A DNA stretch of 64,000 bases, from positions 71,304 to 135,303 of the forward strand of contig MU619299.1 in assembly GCA_025201805.1 (NCBI GenBank). The letters are read 5' to 3'. The DNA comes from Parasitella parasitica NRRL 2501. Lineage: Eukaryota > Fungi > Mucoromycota. The position numbers were made by a program, and so were the translations under genes. Positions 11,170-23,212 of the stretch are shown piece after piece. The notes beneath the pieces were generated by a model. It ran no database searches and had not been told where the DNA came from. It saw only the letters and a list, made by a program, of their open reading frames with translations. Every line of letters starts with the position of its first letter. Position 1 is the stretch's first letter.

Positions 11170-13146
11170 ATGACAACACAGCCAAGCACCATTTCCTTCA
11201 TACCTCCCGAAATATGGCAAGTCATCTTTTCGTATCTCTCAGCTCGAAGCAACTACGAATGTCAACGCGTATGTAAAAGTTGGTATCTACCGGCTAGACG
11301 AGCGTTTTTGGACCACATAGTGTTGAAGAGTCGCTACGACTTGGAGGAGTTCTTGCACTGCTTTTCCGACGCCAATCGACTCAATGAAGCGGTGAAGAAG
11401 CTCACTATTGGATGCGCTTACACGATGCCAAGTAGAGCCGACTTACTGCTACAGAGCGAAGCTATAGCAACTCTCGTCGACCAATTTCCCAGCGTGCAAG
11501 CAATCACAGTATCTGTCAACTGCATAGATTTAGAGAACTTTACACTGCCTCACATTATGACGGCCATGATGGAGAAATGGACATCCCTCGGTGTCTTTAG
11601 AGTGAACCAGATCCTATTGTCCAAAGAGAAGATCAGAATTTACTTGCAAACGGTGTACTATTTACGCCAACGCATGACTGAACTTTCGCTATACGACCAT
11701 GAATACGTTACAAAAGAGATGGGCGGGCCAAGCCAATTTGTTTCCATGTTTCCTCGGCTGAAGCACCTCAAAATCATACCGCAGCAGGGTAATATTGACA
11801 GTTTCTCAGACTGTTTGTCTATCATACAACGCTGCGGACAACATTTAGAGTCACTAGACATGCACAGCAAAAAGGAGAATGAAGATAAAGTGCTGTTGTC
11901 GATTATTCGATCTGCAGACGGCCGACAAAAACTGGCGCGTATCAAAGTCCTGAAAATGACCATGATTAATTTTTGTGTAAATACCATACGATTCATTATA
12001 CAGCACCTTGTGGGTTTGCAAAAAGTGATAATTGGGTTTATTTATGGAAATTTCAGCGACTGGACAGAGAATCAAAAAATGGTGTTTACCAGCGATTTTC
12101 TGGATTATTTGTGTGCGAGAAGCGAGTACCTTGTGCGGCCTTTAACCATCAACTACAAGGACGACGACATTTATTTGGAAAGAATACTAGCACGACACTA
12201 CGCTGCTAAAGATAGACAAGCTGATTTGCACACTCGCATCGTCTTGTACAACAACAACAGACAATTTGGGTATGACTACAACAATGCCATTGCAAATTCG
12301 TCCAAGTTTTCCATTCAGCTACTGTCCACAAAAATACAGCTCGGAAAACTACAGCGTACCTGTTATTTCACGCATTTTTATAACGGAAACAATGCACGGG
12401 ATGTGTATGATACGTTCAAAGTTGCGAATTCTGCGGTGCAAGCTACAAGTTTGACTTTGGATTTGGGTGGAATGTATATGTTCATGGATTCGATACCCCG
12501 TCTTTTCTACCAATTGTTGGCTTTGGCGCCTGAGATTAGCAGACTATATATTGTATGGCCTCGAAACTATTGCGAAAACAACTCGATTGTTTGGCCAGAG
12601 GATGTCCCAAGTTATCCTTGTGTGACCTATTTGGAACTCACGGCGGGCCTTACTTCGTGGGTAGACATGTTCATGTTACCTCTAGTCTCCAGTATGTTTC
12701 CAGCGTTGGATTATCTCTCTATGCAACTGTTCAGTGGCTATTGGCATGAGACGAGTAAAGCGTTTGTCATTAACTTGCCTCAAACCGCATTGACGAGATT
12801 ATATCTGGATGTTACGCCAGTGAGAATACAAACGGGAAACGCGCTCAAGCAACAGACTACGTTTGCAGAAGCCTTTTTTGTACTAAAAGTGACCAAGCTA
12901 CTGGGCTGTACAGCAACACAGGAATTCTATTATCGTGTTTCTCTGGACTATTTAAGAACTTCTCGCTTGGACGATCTTTGTCAAGTGGAAAAGAAAGAGT
13001 ATTTGACCGTGCATGTCATTGTGAAAGACATTGACTATGTCAACTTGAATCTCTCTCAAGAAATCTACGAGCAGCAGCAAGAGAATCCAATGTTATTATC
13101 GATGGACCCACAAAAGAAAGTACAAACTACAATATCTGTCTTGTGA
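11170..13146 (+). CDS. F-box protein with degenerate LRR-like repeats (intronless, 658 aa)
   Basis: IPPEIWQVIFSYLS..ECQRVCKSWYLPAR F-box, plus repeated FPxLxxLxI/L units (FPSVQAI, FPRLKHLKI, FPALDYLSM). Confidence 0.88.
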   Translation: MTTQPSTISFIPPEIWQVIFSYLSARSNYECQRVCKSWYLPARRAFLDHIVLKSRYDLEEFLHCFSDANRLNEAVKKLTIGCAYTMPSRADLLLQSEAIATLVDQFPSVQAITVSVNCIDLENFTLPHIMTAMMEKWTSLGVFRVNQILLSKEKIRIYLQTVYYLRQRMTELSLYDHEYVTKEMGGPSQFVSMFPRLKHLKIIPQQGNIDSFSDCLSIIQRCGQHLESLDMHSKKENEDKVLLSIIRSADGRQKLARIKVLKMTMINFCVNTIRFIIQHLVGLQKVIIGFIYGNFSDWTENQKMVFTSDFLDYLCARSEYLVRPLTINYKDDDIYLERILARHYAAKDRQADLHTRIVLYNNNRQFGYDYNNAIANSSKFSIQLLSTKIQLGKLQRTCYFTHFYNGNNARDVYDTFKVANSAVQATSLTLDLGGMYMFMDSIPRLFYQLLALAPEISRLYIVWPRNYCENNSIVWPEDVPSYPCVTYLELTAGLTSWVDMFMLPLVSSMFPALDYLSMQLFSGYWHETSKAFVINLPQTALTRLYLDVTPVRIQTGNALKQQTTFAEAFFVLKVTKLLGCTATQEFYYRVSLDYLRTSRLDDLCQVEKKEYLTVHVIVKDIDYVNLNLSQEIYEQQQENPMLLSMDPQKKVQTTISVL

Positions 13147-13794
13147 TGACACTCAATATACCCTCATTGTCCTTTACAAAACAATAAAATCGAGATACAG
13201 CTACGGCAGTACATGATCACCACTCTCTTCTTTTTATCTCTGGCACATTGATCAACCGTGAGTTATTTTGATGAAGCAGAATAAATATGAGATTAGATCA
13301 GGCCATGGGGCCCGATCGAGCGCCTATTTTGGAAAATCAACGCCCATGTCTCTGCTTTTACCCGCCCTTCAATGCAGTTATTCGCCTTTACTGTTTTATG
13401 GGTATTAAAAGCAGACAAGAATGTTGCGTTTGGATCACGATGTATATACCGTTAGAGTATAATACACCATGATGGCGATAATCCACATTCATGCAAGCAT
13501 GACTATATTTTTGATCATAGGCACACAGATAGCCAGCAGAATACCTCGGCTGCAACAGCTTGATAAATTGCATTGTGATCATATGATACACAAGGATCGT
13601 AGCATGTGGTCTTCTTCTGGTACTGTGTCAAGTCCAAGGAATAAATATTAAATTGTAATACATAAAAGGGGAGGAGGGGGGGGNNNNNNNNNNNNNNNNN
13701 NNNNNNNNNNNNNNNNNNNNNNNNNNNNNNNNNNNNNNTTTTTTGGTTTTCGGTTTTTTGGTTTCTTGGATCTTACTTCTTTTTCGGTATTGTC

Positions 13795-15149
13795 ATGAAT
13801 TCAGTAAACGGAATAACACAACTGCCCGTAGAGATAATAAAAGAGATATTCAAATATCTAATGCAGCATAATGTCCAGCATCCTCTGTCAATGTCATCTC
13901 CAGTACCTTGCAAATTCATCTCGGCAAAACATAAACAGCTATATCCAGGGCGTGCAAATCCACAACTTGTCAAAGAAAATGACGGTAATGTCTGTCTGTG
14001 CTGGCAATTGGATATGTTAAGCGTTGCTCTGGTATGCAAATCATGGTACCTGATCGGCCATGAAATTATTTCATGGTTACCGCTTGTAAACCACTCTGAC
14101 GATTCACGAAAATATCCATTCAGATCTCGTTTAGTGAGCATAATGAAAGAATCCAAGCTTGCAAATCTTGCCTTTCACCAAAAAGTTCGCCATCTTGTGC
14201 TTGATTTTGCGTCATTTGACACCATACCCAGCAAATCAGCCAAAAGTACCCAAAACAGTGGTAAGTAATGGAAAATTATTTAAAGCAATCTAAAGCTTAC
14301 ATTTTACAAATTATAGATGGTATTCCCACTGCCTTGTCCGAAATGACAGATCTGATCGAACTCTGCACTCAAATTGAAAAATTAGACATTGTCTTTGATG
14401 CTGATTTCAAAAAACTTGTCTCTTGCACTTCCATCGCATCCTATAACGCCGAGGATGCAGATAGCATCAGCATGAAGAATTGTATACTCGATTCATGCAA
14501 TTTCTTGCAACAAGCTCTAATTCAACAGCACGGAAATGACCGCGTGAGACGGCTTGATTTTATTGGCATTGATCCAACTCGACGATGTCCGTGCTGCATG
14601 GGCGCAAAATGGGATCAATATTTATTTCCTCTGCTGACCTGTTTAGTCAAAGTCGAGACTCTTGTCTTACACAATGTAGTGCCATCAGTAGACGCGTTTG
14701 AAGCTTTGGGGAGCCCAAACCTAACCAAAATTGTGTTTTACAAATCTGTGGTGACGATATCAGCCATAAAAGAAGGGACATCACCTCGTGGAAAATCCTC
14801 GACATCCTTCGACAGGATCCCTCCAAAACTGTGGAAACAGATTAAGCATATAGAGATATACGAGGATATTGAGGAAGCGACTACTTGGCAAATTACGAAA
14901 TACCTAACAAAACTTGTAAATAATGTACATGATTTGGAATCATTTGTATTGCAGTTTGATACAAAAGAAGCAAATGAAAAGTGCTTATCCCTAACACAAG
15001 GCAGCAACATAAACAGCATACCCGTCAAAGATACCCTTGATAGTGGCCACCGCATAGCAAATACAAGCTCACCTTTATATCATCTACAGATGAAATGCAA
15101 AAATACTTTAAACATGATAACTCTAGTCAATGTGCCAAGCGACATGTAA
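13795..15149 (+). CDS. F-box-like/LRR protein (2 exons)
   Basis: ITQLPVEIIKEIFKYL ... DMLSVALVCKSWY. GTAAGT donor at about 14261 and TATAG acceptor at about 14317 link the two ORFs. LRR-like units (LCTQIEKLDI, VKVETLVL, PNLTKIVF). Confidence 0.8.
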
Positions 15150-16329
15150 AGTGAACCATCTATATTATTTGTACACTTGTATATACTATAAATGCGATTT
15201 CTTCATCTCCATGTGATATTTTATGTCACTTTTTATAACCTACAACTATGCTCAAGTCTAATGAATATATACTTTTATGCTATGAATAAAACCCCATGAA
15301 ATCATCTTTTTAACAACTTTTAACCTTTTTGTTATTTTCTTTTCCTTATAGAAATTCTAAACCCTATATCACCTATGAAATTATAATTAATCCATTAACC
15401 GTGCTATGAAATCTGTCGGCCTTATTATATCGTAGACGGAAAAGAGAACCCAAAGTTCCAGATTTACCACCAAAGCAAGGGCAGCAAGCACCTTCTTGTA
15501 TCCTACTACAGCCACAAGACTGCCGTGCTTTACTATCATTTATCAAATACAGTATCATGTATATATAAGGAAGCTTGTACGTAGCAGATAGATGACGTGG
15601 ACCCTGCCAATCCATTATAGGGGTTCATGAAGCTACGGCATGGTTTTATTTTCGCAAATTTTGTTACCATTTTCATTTACATTATATTTGGGGGGTCGGC
15701 GTCACTTTGCGGGTAGTGTAAGGCAAAGGACACCTGTGGATTCCAAAGATAGCAAGCCAGAGCTCTGGATTCCGGGCGGAAAAAATTAGATTAACAACGT
15801 GAGGGAACATGTCCCTCATTATAGTTGTTAAACTATAAAGAACAGATACTACACTTGATCTTAGCCAAAAGGCCTGAGAGGATAAAGAGTAATCGGTTTT
15901 TGCATTTTGCGACCCTTTTTATACTTTTTTTTTTTAAGGAGTTTGTGAAATTTTTTAAATGGACAGTCTTGCTATTAGCAGTCGTGTATCCTTGGTTCAA
16001 CCGGTGTATCCTTGTTCACCCGAAAGACTTGGTTTGCTGTTTGGTAATGCAAGCATTAGCCATGTGTATTCATCATTTGAGCAAAGGGCTCTTTTATAAA
16101 TTCGCAGGGAAATTGCTCTGATTTCAACATTACACGTCGCTTTTCCCTCTAATCGATCTATTGCCGACATGCACCTTCTCTTTCTATGCTTGCTTGCAGC
16201 CATCAATGCCGTTTGATGTTTTTAAACAAGCAATCGATGTGACTAACAATCGTGACACTTTTGAAAAATCTTTGCTTTGATATGGATGGAAAAAAAATTG
16301 TTCTTTCATCAAAGCAAAATAAATCCCAA

Positions 16330-17231
16330 ATGAGCTCATCGACAAAGTAAATGAAGCGACCAACATGAATATCGCTTTCTTCTTTATAAAATTGACGAAT
16401 TTGTTTTTTTGAACTAGCATTCCTTCTGGCTTCAAACCAGCGCTTTCCAAATTTGACTCTGTCTTTGATAGAGAAGCCATCAATGATGATGACAAAGAGT
16501 TATGGTTGATTCGCATTCCTGATAACGTAAGTTCTGTTGCCGTAAAGAAATGCGGCTGCTGATACCTTTGCGTAGCTGAGCGAAGAAGATCTTGCTTCCG
16601 TAAAGATCAAAACGCCCACCAACAAAAGTATGAAAAAGCCTCTAGCTAAGCTCGAGAAAGATGATGATAAATATGCATTATACAAAGTGCCTACTGCCAG
16701 CAATTTCAAATCAGAATCAGAATCAGGTGATGAAAGTGGCGACAATGTGGATTTGGGCATCAGTGGGCATGAAATGATCTCATTCGATTGTTTGGTTCCC
16801 TCTCGTGAAGATGGTGGCAAACTCACATTTGGTAAATATGTTGTACTCGTACAGTTTACTTCAAAACTAATTTGTACGCAGCACCCAAGAAATTCGATCA
16901 ATTCTTGATCTTGAACCAAATTGTCGATATTCCAGACTCGATAGCTTTTGCACAATCGATTCTCGATAAACCTGTTTATAAAAGAGATCAACCTGAAGGT
17001 CTCCAGATGCGTTTTAAGCCTTATGGGTACTACTCTGGCCAAGTGACAAACGGAGATGCTGAAATGAAAGATACCAGGCCAGTCGATGTAGATCAATCTG
17101 AAACTGCTAAAAAGAGAAAGCGAGTCGAAAATGAAAATGAGGATGAGGATGAGGATGAGGAAAACAGGAAAAAGGTCAAGAAAGAGAAAAAGGCCAAAAA
17201 GGAAAAGAAGGTCAAGAAAGAAAAGAAATGA
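16330..17231 (+). CDS. RPA34: RNA polymerase I subunit RPA34 (A34.5), 4 exons
   Basis: Spliced product has IPSGFK, ELWLIRIPDN, CLVPS, QPEGLQMRFKPYG and a KKEKK-rich C-tail, all hallmarks of A34.5. Confidence 0.85.
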
Positions 17232-17973
17232 GCAGCTGTTGATTATAACAATAAAAGAGAGCCACAACTATAGAGAAATTCGCATTATACAACCTTTGAC
17301 CAAAAAGTATTATTTGAGGATGTTGCAACCTACTGAAAGCTGATGAGATTTTTCCATGTTATAATTACAAAATCACTCGTTAGGCAGTCTTTTTTTCGGT
17401 TGTGATATGCAGAGATTGTCTTTGCCGTCTATATCCATGTTTTCGGTCCACCTTTTGTAGTGGCTGCTTGACGTATTTTTCTCGCCTCAATCCCGTATAG
17501 AAAATATTTGAAGTACAACATATTTTTTGATTAGTCAAATCAATTTGACGTAAAAACTAAGCCTACTGGTAATTCACATTGGTATATGAAGTATGGTCGA
17601 TTCAAAAGCTTGAAACGTGCTCCCTAAATAAAAAATAAAAGAAATCAGGATTTTAAGGTCAAATCGATAAATTTGCTATGTTGTCAAAATTTTTACCATG
17701 ATACGCATTAGTCGCTAAAACTTGTATATAATTGTCATTTTAGGTATTTTGTTGTATGCATAAAACTGCACTAAAAAGCTTTATTGATATACAGCACATA
17801 TTTAGCAACGAAATGTTAAAAACATTGATGGAAATATCCTCAAAAAAAAAAACCAAAAAGACCAATTTCAATATTTTTTGATTTACTATTGAATACCAAT
17901 AATTCCCATAGAGCTCGGGCGCGCTATATATCTATCCTTGAAAATCAGTAACCGTATAACTTATGCGGCTTGT

Positions 17974-18420
17974 TTACAAGCTTTGGCGATACGAGGCACG
18001 CGTATTTGATTTATCAATTGTTGGCCTCTTTCCTCTCTCTTTGTTGATGATCGACCAGTTTTCCTCGATAGGGTTTGAGGGATTTGAGTAAGGGAGTATG
18101 AAGAACGGTTCAAGCCATATGACATTCAGAATATTATCCATCCTTGTCGTTGAAGTATACCGGTACATGTATAACTGAAGTAACTTTGTAGCCTAGACCG
18201 GTATTTGAATATTCTTTGCTGCCGTTGTTGTCAGGCTTTTTGTGGGCACAAGGACACGAGGTGTTGCATTTGGATGATTGGACCCTACAAGGAAGGACAT
18301 GTTGACTGGTAACACGTAAACGTATCTGGTAGGGCTTTACGAAAGCTTGGATAGCTGGAAATAACTTGCTGAAATAGACTACATGTCAAAAATGGCCATT
18401 GTGGTGGTTTGATGGACGTG
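17974..18420 (-). mobile_element. Degenerate 3' fragment of a non-LTR retrotransposon (zf-RVT-like region)
   Basis: Minus-strand translation PPQWPFL..RKALPDTF..TCPSL*GPIIQMQHLVSLCPQK and, in another frame, ILNVIW..F..PSNP resemble the CxxC..H...C zinc knuckle and W-rich tail of LINE ORF2. Contains stops and frameshifts. Confidence 0.4.
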
Positions 18421-18589
18421 GTTCACTACATGTGGACACTCTTTGTGATCAGGAACATGCCATAAAAGGTGTGTTTTACACGTCACCCTTCGTGTTTAGA
18501 ATTGCTTTTATTGGAATCTATTTTCTTCTTCAAGTTTCTCCTTTTTTCTATATTTCCTCTTTGCTTTAAAATACATACGAAAACGAGAA

Positions 18590-19687
18590 ATGTCTATCAA
18601 CGTCAATATAAAATCATCAAACGACAAGAAATTTGTTATTACCATTGAATCCGACAAAACTGTGTTGGATTTGAAGAATGCCATTGCTGAACAAACAGAG
18701 GTCCCTGCAGAGAGGCAGCGTCTTATTTATTCAGGCCGTGTACTGAAGGATCCGGACACCTTGGCTGGTTGTAAAGTAGCTGATGGTAATACAATTCATA
18801 TGGTGAAGGGTGGAGGAAATAAAGGTAGGAGCGAATAGTATAGTAAGGTGCTTTGAGAGAACCAGTGTTTAATGTGGTGATACATAGCTGCTCCTGCGGC
18901 ATCCAATCCTGCCTCGTCTGCTCCCGCTGCCGCAACCCCACCACCTACAAATAATTTACAAACACAACAAGCACCCAACGCTAATCCATTTGCTGGTTTC
19001 GCTGGCATGCCAGCCGATTCACAAAGTAACCCTTTCAGCATGTTTGGCTCTGGGTTCGGAGCAGGTGCGATGGGCAATAGTTTTGGGGCTATGGACCCCA
19101 ATATGACTAACCAAATGCTACAGAATCCCATGTTTGCTCAGTACATGTCCAATGTTCTTCAGAATCCTGCTGTCCTCGATTCTATCATTCAGACCAACCC
19201 TCAGTTATCCGGTATGGGCCCAGAAATCCGTGGTATGATGCAATCTCCTGAATTCAGGCAAATGCTATCTAATCCTGACATGATTCGTCAAATGGCTACC
19301 ATGGCATCTGCTATGCAAGGTAGTAACGGCGGCCCTGGAGCTGATGCTGCTAATCCCTTTGGCGCCATGATGTCTCCTCCTGCTTCTACGGCCTCCGCCA
19401 CTTCAAATGACCCGCAATCACCACAGCAACAACAGCCAAATCCGTTTGCTGGATTCGGGAATGTGCCTTCCGTTGATCCTCAATTACAACAACGGATGGC
19501 AGCACTCTTTGGAAATGCTAGTTCATCACCTGCGGATACTCGCTCGCCCGAGGAAAGATTCCAAGTTCAACTACGACAATTAAACGAAATGGGTTTTTGG
19601 GATGCAGCAAAGAATATTAGAGCTTTGACGGTAACTGGGGGAGACGTCAATGGTGCGATTGAGATGATTATCAGTGGGAATATATAA
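18590..19687 (+). CDS. DSK2: Ubiquilin/Dsk2 UBL-STI1-UBA shuttle (intron 18825-18887)
   Basis: N-terminal UBL (QRLIYSGRVLKD), M/N/P-rich STI1 repeats, C-terminal UBA (PEERFQVQLRQLNEMGF..GGDVNGAIE). Confidence 0.95.
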
Positions 19688-19913
19688 TGCGCGATACAGA
19701 ATAAAAGAGTTTTCTTTAAAGGAAAAAGGAAAAAGGAAAAAGGAAAAAAAAAAGCTAATAGTGATGGACAAGTATTGCACAACCTTGAGTGAGATGGTGG
19801 TGTGGCGACAGTTGGTTGTTTGCACTTTGCATTGTATATATATATATATATATATACAGCTCAAAAACTTTTTGTTTCATTCATTATTCATTTACACGTA
19901 AATCACAAATTGG

Positions 19914-22900
19914 CTAGCTAGTACGAAACAAGTTGACCAACAGTGTTCTAAACTGCTGAAAAGCTACCTCTACTTCGTGATGAGGAGCAGAGCTGTTACT
20001 GGCAGCAGATGCATCACTCACAGCTAAATTTGACGATGTATTCAGCAAATCTGACGATGCTGTTGATGTCAGTGGTGTTACTATGTTGCCAGATGCTGAC
20101 GATGGCGTTGTTACTGTTGCTGGATCTCTGGGTAATGACGCGACGCTCACAGTATAAACGTCTGGTCTACTAGGCAATAAGAACTCTACATTTCTCATGC
20201 CTCCTCCACCCATACTCTCAGCTCTGTCCAAGCCTTCGTTCTGTACGCGCTTACCGCTCCTTGAGTTTTCAATCAAGAATCCCTTGATACATTTCATCAC
20301 AACTTCACCACGCTTTTGAAGCCACAGGTGATGGTGATCCGCTGCCATGGAATGATCCGACTGTTCAATAGACCTGTCTGGTAAGAGCAGCAATGGGATG
20401 GACAAGGAAGAAATGTCAAATTGAGTAGTCATTTTCAGAATGTTGCGAAGACCCATGATGATGGGATGGCGATTTGAGAGGTCTGTGGTCGTGAGGGCTG
20501 CAAATAAACGGTTAGACACAGTTTATTTCTGTTTTGCCAACCAACTCACCTGCACTGTTTATCAGTAAATGAAACACAACTTGTGTGCTCGGCAGATTTG
20601 AATGCTTTGTGACGAAAAACGAACCCTCTGTCACTGGATGGTCTTTGAAATCCTCTTCCACAACACTCAATTGCGTCTCAATATCAGCGAAATGGAATTC
20701 GGTCGACTGCTGACAGCGTTCGAACAGGGCCTTGTTACTGCCTTTTCCCGTCTTGTACAGTCTCCAGCCCTCAGCAGGACGTCTTGTTAATTCGTTTATC
20801 TCCACAAGCACAATCGCTGCACTCAAGTGGCTAGTGTACAATTTGGTAGCAGTTTCTGCTCGGTAAGCCATCTCGCGGGGAGGGTCATAAATCGGATGAA
20901 ATACCTCGTTGGCTTCATCTGTTACTAGCAATCGCAAATTGTGCGAGGACTTGATTTGAGCTGTGCCCATCATAATGGTGAAAGATTCCACCAACTGTGG
21001 CGACTGCTGTTGATGCTGCAGTTGCTGCTGACGGCGAGCACGCCCTCTCATTATGCCTTGTTTGATTTCGTTTTCCTCGTTATCGATACCAAAATTCTCC
21101 ATGGCTTTGCCTAGCCAGCCTCCCAATTTGCGAACTGAACTCAAGTTTGTATTTTCCATGGCTTGCTTTTGTTGCTGCAGGAAAGAGATGGGATTCCAAG
21201 ACTTGCCTCCGGCATTACTGCTACCCGAGCTGCTAGCATTGGCATTGTTGCTTTGATTGGGCACATTCAAATTTGGACTACTGTGTGCCTTGCTTCCCAT
21301 GATATTCAAAAAAGTGGGTGTTCTCTGCGTTAGTGAAAGCCTGCGACTATTTGCATTTTCCGAGCTTTGGCGAGAATGCACAGAGGAGGTGCTTGTCGGG
21401 AGGGTTTGGGCGGAAGCAGGTTCGGAAACAAAGTTTGGGCGAGGAACTTGGCTCAGTGAATGTGATCTACGGTAGGGCGTGCTTGAACTCGCAGGCGGCA
21501 TCGCCATGGTTTGAAATTGCTGCTGCTGGATCAGCTGTTGTTGCTGGAACTTTTGCTCGGCTATATAAGCGTCAACTTTATCAGGATTCTCCAACAACAA
21601 GCCAATAGCAGCTTCCATGTTCTGGTTGCCCAAAACAAGTGCTGTCTCTGCTTGTTCCTTTTGAAATCCCATTTCCTGTATGTTTTTGACTGATTCTGCA
21701 TTCACTGCTGGTAGAGATTCGTCGTTGGAAGGAAATGAAGTAGTGCGCACCAGAGTGGCCAGCTCGCTGGGTGAGTGCTGTTGTTGCTGCAAGTTGGGCG
21801 AAGAGATGGAGCCAAGGCTGCTCGCTAATGAGCCGGTTCTGCGACGTGTGACGATGGGGTTGGCATTGTTGCTTTTGCTGTCACTATGCATACTTTTACT
21901 ACTCTCTGATGCTGCCTTTATTTCTGAATCGGTAGTTGTGTTGTTGGCGTCCCACTGTCTAACTCGACTGGCGGCAGCAGCTACCATTTCCTTACCGTCC
22001 AACTTCTTTTCTGCTGCTGCTGCTGCTGTGTTTGCTTCAGCCATCAGGCCCAATGCATTGTCTTGAGTTTTCAGATGCTGTTCGTCGGACAAGGAGGCCA
22101 ATCTTGCTTGATACTCCTTGTAGAGCTCAATCACAAACTCTCGGTATTCTTGGCGCTGTGTTTGTTGAGTTTGCAGGATATCCGACTGCCATGTGGCTTG
22201 AAACACTTGCATGTCTTCAACCTGACGAGTAAATATAGTCGTCAAATCGGTGTTGGCTTGGACATTGCTGTTTGGCGGCCCTGTGGTTGCTGTGGACGAC
22301 GAGGATGCAGATTCGATTTCTTGAGCTTGTCTAGTTTATTGACATTGCATTGAGTGTCTATATCTTGTATCGATGATAACGTTTTTTTTACCTCGCTTGG
22401 ATTGCAACTAGTTCGTGGTCGCTGGCTGTCTGAAGTTCCTGAATAGCAATAGCGTAACTTTGTTCCAATTCGAGCAGGGTATCGAAAATCGCGGGTATGG
22501 GACAATGGACTAATGTGTGGTAGGCTCGAGGAAATATGTCCTACACAATGCTATTAAATGCTAACACGCGCACGTACGACACAAGACTTACTTCCTCGGG
22601 CTTGTTATTATATTGGAGTGTATTCGACTGGTACAAGTCCATAAATATTCGGCGCAGTTCCTGTTTTTGAACAGTGTTATGCTCATGTTCAAACAGAACG
22701 TTGTGTTTGCATGTTTCGTCCATTGCAGATAGGATAGAGGAATAAAGGGATACGGCCAAATAAGGAGGCAGCGCGTGAACCCGTACAAGATGATAGACGA
22801 GATCTTTGATATTCTGGCCTTGTGCGATTTCCACATCGATGGATTTATCGTTCAAACAGGGTAATACAACTGAGGCTCGGAATGATGTTGTTGCTTGCAT
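19914..22900 (-). CDS. FERRY3: C12orf4/FERRY3 (DUF2362) homolog with internal UBA domain
   Basis: ESFTIMMGTAQIKSSHNLRLL, LYTSHLSAAIVLV, CQQSTEFHF, FFVTKHSNL..VVFHL, IIMGLRNILK..SIPLLL..VMKCIKGFLIE match conserved C12orf4 blocks. Multi-exon, ATG at 22898-22900. Confidence 0.88.
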
Positions 22901-23212
22901 TTTCCTGCTGTTTACTAAGAGGAAGAAAAGAAGAAGAAAAGATAAAATCGATGTTTCTTTCGAAATTAGAAAATAAGAAGCTTGTGTATGACGGGGCAAT
23001 ATGTCCTTTTAATGTTTGCAAAGAAGCCATTACGGGTGCTGTGATAAAATCATGTGACTCTGCCTAATGCAAATCTCGAGCCTCTGCAAGTGGGAATCAT
23101 TGATCTGATAAATGTATCAATAACAGGTATCAAAAGTAAACTGCTTTTATGCAATGGCATCATCTACTGTACGATAAAACTCCAAGCCGCTTTCAAAAAA
23201 AAAGAAAAAAAA

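Noticed and set aside
15986-16013. GTATCCTT matches to the U12-type 5' splice site
   Set aside because: Intergenic, with no exon context or U12 branch point. No U12 intron was seen among the introns I mapped.
16500-17267. 255-aa hydrophobic antisense ORF
   Set aside because: Shadow of the K/E-rich RPA34 coding strand.
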